From the NCBI GenBank assembly GCA_030390025.1, contig CM059431.1, positions 110,486,001 to 110,550,000 of the forward strand: DNA of 64,000 bases. Reading direction: 5' to 3'. Position 1 is the first letter of the stretch. Every line of letters starts with the position of its first letter. The position numbers and the translations under genes are program-made. Below are positions 60,398 through 64,000 of this stretch, in pieces. The notes under the pieces were generated by a model. That model ran no database searches, was not told where the DNA came from, and saw only the letters and a list, made by a program, of their open reading frames with translations. This DNA is from Squalus acanthias (Eukaryota).

Positions 60398-62394
60398 ATT
60401 TGGCACTCTTTCCAATAGTCCAATTGTGCAGTGTGCTGCCTGCACACTCCGAGATGAACCTTCAAATGCAATGTGGTTATGGCTCATTTAAATATCCCGG
60501 CTGAAAACGCGTCATCAATGACGTCATCAGACCCGCACCATTTAATAGGGCTGAGAGACGCGCAGGGCGGCCTTAAGAGGCGCCATTAACGCAAAGTCAA
60601 TCTGAGGAGCGGCATGGAATCAGGAACGGGGTCGCGACCCGCCACGGCGACCGCCCGCACCCGGCCCGCCCAGGTATGGAAAATTCCGGCCTTCGTTACC
60701 CGATTGGATGATTCTTGACTTCTCAGTCAAACAGCCTTGACTGCCATCTCCAATATTTTTATAACTAAAGAAACAAAAGTGCTCAATGAAAATGATAAAA
60801 ATGCACTTTTCTTTTTAATGACCCTATGATGTTTCTCCTGGGTTGCTCACAGCAGCGTCCTGGAGATTAATCGTTGATTCCTGGAGTCTCCTGGACAATC
60901 CTGGAGGGTTGGAAACACCAGCCTCAGCTCCCAGCACACTCCCTGCTTGCTAAAAGCAATGCAAGGTGCGATAGAGGCCACAGCAATGGCAGGGACATAG
61001 CAATGGAATGTCACATTTCTGTGTTGAAGCCTCAGGAAAGGCAAAAATTGAGAGGAAGGTTGGGCGTATTGAAATATTTTATTTTCCTTCACTGATTTCT
61101 CTTCCTTATTTCCATTCTTATTTCTCAACTCCTGAAGGTGATGACTTGCACTGAGGTATGATTTCCCTGGGCTAGTGGCCCTCCATTACTTCACTGAGCT
61201 GTTTATTAAACTGGTGCGACCTTGGATTATGACCCCCCCCCCCAGTGGGACAGGTATTTCAGGACTCACTAGATGGCTGTAAGGCGTAGAACACTGGCTG
61301 ATCTTTCCTCCTTCCTAGCCACAGGATTCTGAGGGCAATTCAGTGCTGCATTTCCCCTGCTTCTTCCCTCGACCATACTGCCATCCTAGCTGAGGATGGT
61401 TACCTCAATACAGCCCAGTGACTGAACCAGAACTGTTCCTACTCTGTCGGGTTCAGTGACTCACCGTTCATTCACTGTGAAAGTCTGTCGCAGATCATTT
61501 TTTTTTAAACTTTCTAAATTTAATAAGGCCAGTAGTTTTTTTTAAACAAGTAATAAATGAGGAATTTATCCTGATATAACCGATAACATTTTAGTGCCAC
61601 ACACATGCGGTATATTTTTGTGCACAGGCATATCTTAACAGCTAGGGATGTCATTCTTTCTGTCAGCTGATGTGCATGAAACTTAAACACTGATTCATAT
61701 ACAAGCTATTACTTTAAGTATAATCTGTGTATGTACATGAATTAAACGAGAGTGCATGTAGCCCAGTGGTGTAGTAATATCTAATGCGGTGAATATATCT
61801 TAGTGTTGATGTTAAGTAGTCCTATCTAAATGTCCAACTAATTTCATTGCATTTATTCAACAGAGCTTTGAGACAGTTTAGTTTTTACCTGCAGCTTATT
61901 TTCCATTCAAATGAATCCACTTCAAAAAACTAGTCCACAGTTTGAAGCTTAAGGAGACTGTGTTTCTTAGGCCTTCACTAACTATCTCTCAGTATTTAAA
62001 CTGAAAATTTGTTTTAGTTTCTGTACACTTTGCTTGTGTCAAAGAACAGAATAGTGTTTAATGTGGAGTGACTCTGTGAGGTAGATCGCACTGCTGCATC
62101 CTGTGGTAAAGCCACAGCGCCATCTGCTGTCCCTCAGCTACGTCGCTGCGACATGTAATACTGGACTCTGGCCTTTAAAAGAAAATACTTTCATTTTATA
62201 GAACACCTTAAAGCATCTCTTAAACATCTCAGGGCACTTCACCTACAATTTTGAAATGCAGTAACTATCGTCACACAGGCAACTGGCTGCCATTTTGTGC
62301 ATAGCAAGATTCCACAAACAACAACAATGTGCAGGACCATGAGATTTGAGTAGGGAGCAGAGTTGTTAGTTGAAGGAGGAGTTGTGATTGATTA

Positions 62395-62992
62395 GGATTA
62401 CGTAGGATATACAGCACAGAAACAGACCATTCGGCCCAACCAGTCCATGCCGGCGTTTAAGCTCCACTCGAGCCTCCTCCCGTCTTTCCTCATCTAACTC
62501 TATCAGCAAAGCCCTCTATTCCCTTCTCCCTCGTGTACTTATCTAGTCTCCCCTTAAATGTATCTACACTATTTGCTTCAACCACTCCCTGTGGTAGCGA
62601 GTTTCACATTCTCTCACACTCTGGGTAAAGAAGTTTCTTCTGAATTCACTATTTGATTTCTTGGTGACTATCTTATATTGATGGCCTCTAGTTTTGCTCT
62701 TCCCCACAAGTGGAAACACTCTCTCTGTATCCACTTTATCCAAACCTTTCATAATTTTATTAGGTCACCCCTCAGCCTTTTTTCCCCCAAGAGAAAAGAG
62801 ACCCAGCCTGTTCATCCTTTCCCGATAGGTACACTCTCGCATTTCTGGTATCATCTTTGTAAATCTTTTTTGCACCCTCTCCAGTGCCTTTTTACAATAT
62901 GGTGACCAGAACTGTACGCAGTACTCCAAGTGTGGTCTAACAAAGGTTTGATACAAGTTTAGCATAACTTCCCTACTTTTCAATTCTATACC
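62395..62992 (-). mobile_element. CR1 3' fragment
   Basis: ORFs 62765..63010 and 62564..62752; same subfamily as 52200-52785. Confidence 0.88.
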
Positions 62993-63342
62993 TAGGATCC
63001 TAGGATCCATCCACTTTCAATTTATAAGAAATTCTATATTTCAATTTTTTTTTTTACGTGAAATTATAGTTTGGCCGAGGCACTAGAAAGTTTAAAGTGG
63101 AAGCCATGGCTGATGTGATGATGATCTCCTTTACCTTAGCTTGACAGCAGCAGGCACAGAGCAATACATGCCTCTGGGAGCACTGCATATTATAGAGAAA
63201 TTTAAATTGGCTTGGTTAAAAAAAAGTGATTGATTTCTCAGTCCTAAGAGGCAGATAACAAGCAAACTGTTTGGGACCCACAGTTAATTAAGTCAAATCT
63301 TGATTTGTTGTGGAACAGCGCTGGTTGAAGTTGTTTATATCT

Positions 63343-63480
63343 GGGAGCTAGGTGGCACAGTGGGTTAGATGCTGGCCTTTCACCACTGGGACCTGGATTT
63401 AATTCTAGGCCACACTGATGGGTTGAATTTCTCCTCTATCAGCTGGCTGTGGAGGTCCTTAGTGAAATGAGTTTGTGCAG
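63343..63480 (+). mobile_element. Old tRNA-derived SINE head (LF-SINE-like)
   Basis: GGTGGCACAGTGGGTTAG...GCCTTTCACCACTGGGACCTGGATTTAATTC has A/B-box-like motifs. Family resemblance is from recall only. Confidence 0.4.
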
Positions 63481-63497
63481 TCCCAATGGCGCATTAC

Positions 63498-63815
63498 AAT
63501 AGCAAAATACTGCGGATGCTGGAAATCTGAACAACAACAGAAAATGCTGGAAACACTCAGTCAGTCAGGAAGCATCATGGAGAGAGAGAAACAGAGTCAA
63601 CGGTTCAGGTCGATGACCCTTCGCCAGAACTGGAAAAAGTGAGAGAAGTAACAGATTTTTAAGCAAGTGTAGGGGCAGGGAAAGGGAGGAGGGGAGGCAA
63701 GAACAAAAGGGAAGGTCTGTGATAGGATGGAAGGCAGGAGAGATTGACTGACAAAAGGGATGATGGTGCGAGGCAAAAGGAGATGGCAATGGGACAAGTT
63801 AAGAAATAAATTAAG
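63498..63815 (-). mobile_element. Penelope-like P1 3' fragment with mutated hammerhead motif
   Basis: P1 terminus, then AGTT-CTGGCGA-AGGGTC(ATC)GACCT-GAACCGTT-GACT on the minus strand, extended by a pyrimidine-rich segment. Confidence 0.6.
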
Positions 63816-64000
63816 AAGGTGCTCATAGAGCCACTTGCTCATAGAGTCATACCCATAACAAGTCCCAATGGCACATTGTTGCAGCAGACTAGAGGGAGCT
63901 TTACTGTGCATCTGGCTGTGCTATACTGTAGGTGTCTGAAATGGGATGAGTTCCATCCCTCGGCTCGCACTAGCTGCATGAAGTGAGTAGAGATCCATTC

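Larger units (their letters stand above)
56736..60691. mobile_element. PIF/Harbinger DNA transposon copy 2 (3956 bp, no nested elements seen)
   Basis: Perfect 13-bp TIR GGCCGGAATTTTC (56736-56748) / GAAAATTCCGGCC (60679-60691). 3-bp TSD TTC. Transposase (+) and Myb-like gene (-) are convergent. Confidence 0.95.

Overview
Repeat-rich eukaryotic DNA, most consistent with a cartilaginous fish (shark). This assignment is inferred from the repeat content: CR1/HER1-like LINEs, L2 tails, SacSINE1/DeuSINE-type SINEs and Penelope-type termini. The only host gene I can support is the last coding exon of KLF12 (minus strand, 46858-47039, zinc fingers 2-3). It has a ~3.5 kb repeat-free putative 3' UTR, and 47040-64000 is presumably its last intron. 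The window also holds two TIR-to-TIR PIF/Harbinger DNA transposons of one family (19830-27320, TSD ACA; 56736-60691, TSD TTC). Each carries a decayed HARBI1-like DDE transposase facing a three-exon Myb/SANT-like gene. Other elements: several Harbinger-like MITEs, a Tc1/pogo-like MITE, two probable solo LTRs, a nearly intact CR1 ORF2, many CR1/L2/SINE fragments, and short inverted Penelope-like insertions with minimal hammerhead-ribozyme motifs. I see no clearly unprecedented system. The Harbinger two-gene module with its MITEs and the hammerhead-bearing insertions are the best leads. Repeat boundaries were read by eye and are approximate unless a TSD or TIR is given.
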